A stretch of 60,016 nt of DNA from a virus (taxonomy: Duplodnaviria; Caudoviricetes), in the IMG/VR virus record IMGVR_UViG_3300049930_000038, positions 1 through 60,016 of that record. One strand, written 5' to 3'. How positions within the stretch are numbered: position 1 is the stretch's first letter; each line of letters opens with the position of its first letter. The notes under the pieces were generated by a model. It was given only the letters and a program-made list of their open reading frames with translations. It was not told where the DNA came from and did no database searches. This document shows, piece by piece, positions 57,738 through 60,016 of this stretch. The translations under genes and the position numbers were made by a program.

Positions 57738-58388
57738 ATGAACACGCTGCTGCGTTCCGCCCTCGCCGCCCTGCTGCTCGTCGCCTGCGGCGGCGAGGCC
57801 GCCGACCCCTCGTCGCCCGAGTACTCGAACGACTCGGTCGAGTCGCCCGCGGCCGCGCCCGACGCGCCCGAGCTCGACGTGCTCGAGCCGGTCGCGCAGG
57901 TCGAGCCGACGCCCGAGCCCGAACCCGTCGTCGAGGTCGCCCCGTCGACGCCGGCGCCGAGCGACGAGCCCGAGGTCGAGGTGCTGCCCGAGCCCGAGCC
58001 TGCCCCGTCGCCCGCTACGCGTGACGACGAGGTCGAGGTCGAGGTCGAGCCGACGCCCGAGCCCGAGCCCGAGCCGGTGCCCGGCTGGATCCAGGGCGGC
58101 GACGTGTGCACCGACACCGCACAGTGCGTCGCCGGCCTGACCTGCGCCGCCGCCGGCCTGCTCGACGAGCTCGTGTGCGCGTACGACCGCCGTGCCGAGG
58201 CACCCCTCGCGCCGCCGCCGAGCTCGCCCGGCAGCGCCGCGGATGGTGAAGCCTGTAACACCGACGAGCTGTGCTCGAGCGGACTGTGCACCCCGGCTCG
58301 CCCGGGCGATATCACGGGCGTCTGCGAACCCATGCCTGCCGACGGCGTGACGCATTTCTGTCGGTGGCTGACGACCGGGTGCCGATGA
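57738..58388 (+). CDS. Lipoprotein with Pro/Glu linker and Cys-rich repeats
   Basis: LLLVAC lipobox; GDVCTDTAQCVAGLTC and GEACNTDELCSSGLC. Confidence 0.8.
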   Translation: MNTLLRSALAALLLVACGGEAADPSSPEYSNDSVESPAAAPDAPELDVLEPVAQVEPTPEPEPVVEVAPSTPAPSDEPEVEVLPEPEPAPSPATRDDEVEVEVEPTPEPEPEPVPGWIQGGDVCTDTAQCVAGLTCAAAGLLDELVCAYDRRAEAPLAPPPSSPGSAADGEACNTDELCSSGLCTPARPGDITGVCEPMPADGVTHFCRWLTTGCR

Positions 58389-58669
58389 ACGCCGAGGCGT
58401 TCGAGGTCGCATGGCGCCAAGGCCGGCGCCGGTTCCCGGGCGTCACCCGCATCGAGGTGTCGCCCGCGTACGTCGAGGGGTGGGAACGTCGCACCCGCGC
58501 GCTGCGGTTCGAGCGCGAGCGATGGGTCGAGCTCGTCGAGGCCGAGCCGAACCGGCGCGGGAACTATCTGCGGCAGGCCCGAGTCGACGAGCTCGACGCC
58601 GAGCTGTGGCTGCTCGCCCTCGTGCGGCATCACGTGTTCCGGATCAACGACGCGGCCGCTGCCGCCTGA
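58385..58669 (+). CDS. Hypothetical protein
   Basis: ATGA coupling; converges on ruvC. Confidence 0.6.
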   Translation: MNAEAFEVAWRQGRRRFPGVTRIEVSPAYVEGWERRTRALRFERERWVELVEAEPNRRGNYLRQARVDELDAELWLLALVRHHVFRINDAAAAA

Positions 58670-59227
58670 TCACACGGCGACCCGCCGCGCCGCCCGCACG
58701 AGCGCCCGCTGCTGCTCGACCCGGTGCACCCGGGCGCCGCAGACCGCGACGGCGAGCGCGTCGGCGACGTGCGCGCTGCAGCGCTTGACGCCGAGCAGGC
58801 GCGCGACGCCGGCTTTCACCTCGTCTTTCGAGGCGTGCCCGTGCCCGCGCCCGAGCAGCGTGACCTTGACCGTCGAGGGCTGCGGCTCGTAACACGGGAT
58901 CGCCTCGGCGAGCGCCGTGCACGCCGCCATGCGCAGGATGCCCGTGACCGCATGCACGTATCGCAGCGAGATGTGCGCCGGCTGCCCCTCGCGATCCTTG
59001 CCGACGTGCACGCCCGCCTGCGCCTCGAGCGCCATCACGTCAGGGCACCATTGATTCATGATGCCGTCGACGCGCAGGCAGATCCGGTTCAGTCGTTCCG
59101 TGTGCGGCAGGTCGGCGTCGGGCTCGCCGATGTCGCCCCGGTCGAGCACCCTCGTGCTCGACGGCTGCAGGTCGATGACCCCGAACGCGAGCGTCGCGAG
59201 CCCGGGGTCGAACCCGACGACGATCAA
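58670..59227 (-). CDS. ruvC: RuvC-like Holliday junction resolvase
   Basis: VVGFDPGLATLAFG, MALE, GHASKDEVK, ADALAVA. Confidence 0.9.
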   Translation of the reverse strand: MIVVGFDPGLATLAFGVIDLQPSSTRVLDRGDIGEPDADLPHTERLNRICLRVDGIMNQWCPDVMALEAQAGVHVGKDREGQPAHISLRYVHAVTGILRMAACTALAEAIPCYEPQPSTVKVTLLGRGHGHASKDEVKAGVARLLGVKRCSAHVADALAVAVCGARVHRVEQQRALVRAARRVAV

Positions 59228-59349
59228 CTGATCACCCTTTCGAGCAGCCACCCCGCGGCGACCGTCAGGCACACGAGGATCGTGCACGCGACGGCCGCCT
59301 GCGGGCCCGTGATGCTCGCCGGGATCGCCGCGACGAGCTCGGCGATCAT
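59224..59349 (-). CDS. Small membrane peptide (41 aa, not in ORF track)
   Basis: MIAELVAAIPASITGPQAAVACTILVCLTVAAGWLLERVIS, coupled on both sides. Confidence 0.55.
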   Translation of the reverse strand: MIAELVAAIPASITGPQAAVACTILVCLTVAAGWLLERVIS

Positions 59350-59903
59350 GGCTGCGGCGCCGCGACGACGGTGCCGTCGGGTAGCGTGACCGCCGGCTCG
59401 CCCGGCTCGGGATACCGCAGCTCGCCGAGGGCGAGCGTCTGCCCGCCCTCGAGCACGACGACGCCGGACTGCTCGATCTGCACCATGCCCGGCGGCGGCG
59501 GCAGCGGGGTGTCGAGGCCCGACAGGTCGTCCTCGTCGCCGAGGTCGAACGAGCTCGGCAGCGGCGGCGGCGCGTCGGTTTCCGCCTCGTGCAGGTCGTC
59601 GCCCTGGTGTCCGGGCGACGAGCGCGACCGCCGCGTCGTCGGCAGCGGCGACGGCGACGGCGAGCGCCGCGAGTCGTTCCGTTCGTCGAGCGCGAGCTGC
59701 AGCGACAGCTGCAGGTAATGCTGCTCGCGGTCGATCGCGAGGCCGCGCATCACGAGCCCGACGGTTTCATCATCGACGGTGTCGATGACCGCGAGCAGAT
59801 CGAGCCGGAACTCGCCGTTCGCTTTCTCGATCTGACGGTCGCGCCGCTCGGCGAGCTTGCCGAGCGCCGCCTGCAGGCGCTTGGCTCGGTCGAGTGCGTT
59901 CAT
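59346..59903 (-). CDS. Hypothetical protein
   Basis: 185 aa, helical N-terminus and acidic Pro-rich C-terminus. Confidence 0.7.
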   Translation of the reverse strand: MNALDRAKRLQAALGKLAERRDRQIEKANGEFRLDLLAVIDTVDDETVGLVMRGLAIDREQHYLQLSLQLALDERNDSRRSPSPSPLPTTRRSRSSPGHQGDDLHEAETDAPPPLPSSFDLGDEDDLSGLDTPLPPPPGMVQIEQSGVVVLEGGQTLALGELRYPEPGEPAVTLPDGTVVAAPQP

Positions 59904-60016
59904 CAGGCAGCACCGTCGACCGCTGCAGGTTCGAGCTCGGTCACGTCGGCGACGTCGTCGTCGCCCGCAGCGGCAGCCTTGCCGTCAGCGCCGCCGCCGC
60001 GCTTGCGCTTGCCCGC
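59761..60016 (+). repeat. Terminal direct repeat / assembly overlap, right copy
   Basis: Matches 1-256. Confidence 0.97.

Overview
The window is one apparently complete, circularly assembled tailed-phage genome of 59,760 bp: bases 1-256 recur at 59761-60016 with 3 mismatches. GC is roughly 70%. It encodes a contractile tail and a Mu-like head/neck/tail/baseplate gene set on the minus strand (TerS, TerL, DUF935 portal, MuF, Mu-I protease, MCP, sheath, tube, TAC, TMP, hub, spike, baseplate J, fibres, lysis). Replication/recombination genes are lambdoid (initiator plus DnaC-like loader, YqaJ, RecT, SMC-like ATPase, RuvC), and there is an adenine-type MTase. I could not recognise an integrase, transposase, ParA/ParB, DNA polymerase, RT or CRISPR array. 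A Cys-repeat lipoprotein and the GC content suggest a Myxococcota-like host (inference). Most notable signals: (1) six sigma28/FliA-WhiG-type promoters (TCAAG/TAAAG-N14-GCCGnT) placed 9-12 nt before start codons, alongside six sigma70-type promoters 7-8 nt before late-strand start codons, suggesting a two-sigma leaderless programme; (2) strong two-strand depletion of GAAG, GGAG and CCAG achieved by synonymous recoding; (3) a duplicated 20-bp parS-like element in a phage with no integrase; (4) iteron-like palindromes inside and upstream of the initiator gene; (5) a MuF-HExxH metallopeptidase with a coupled small downstream gene; (6) two Acb2/Tad1-like hairpin proteins and a 28-aa 8-Cys micro-ORF inside the virion operon; (7) a -1 frameshift site in the tail chaperone gene; (8) tandem fibre paralogues sharing an exact 44-bp junction. 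All family calls come from motif recognition by eye, not database searches.
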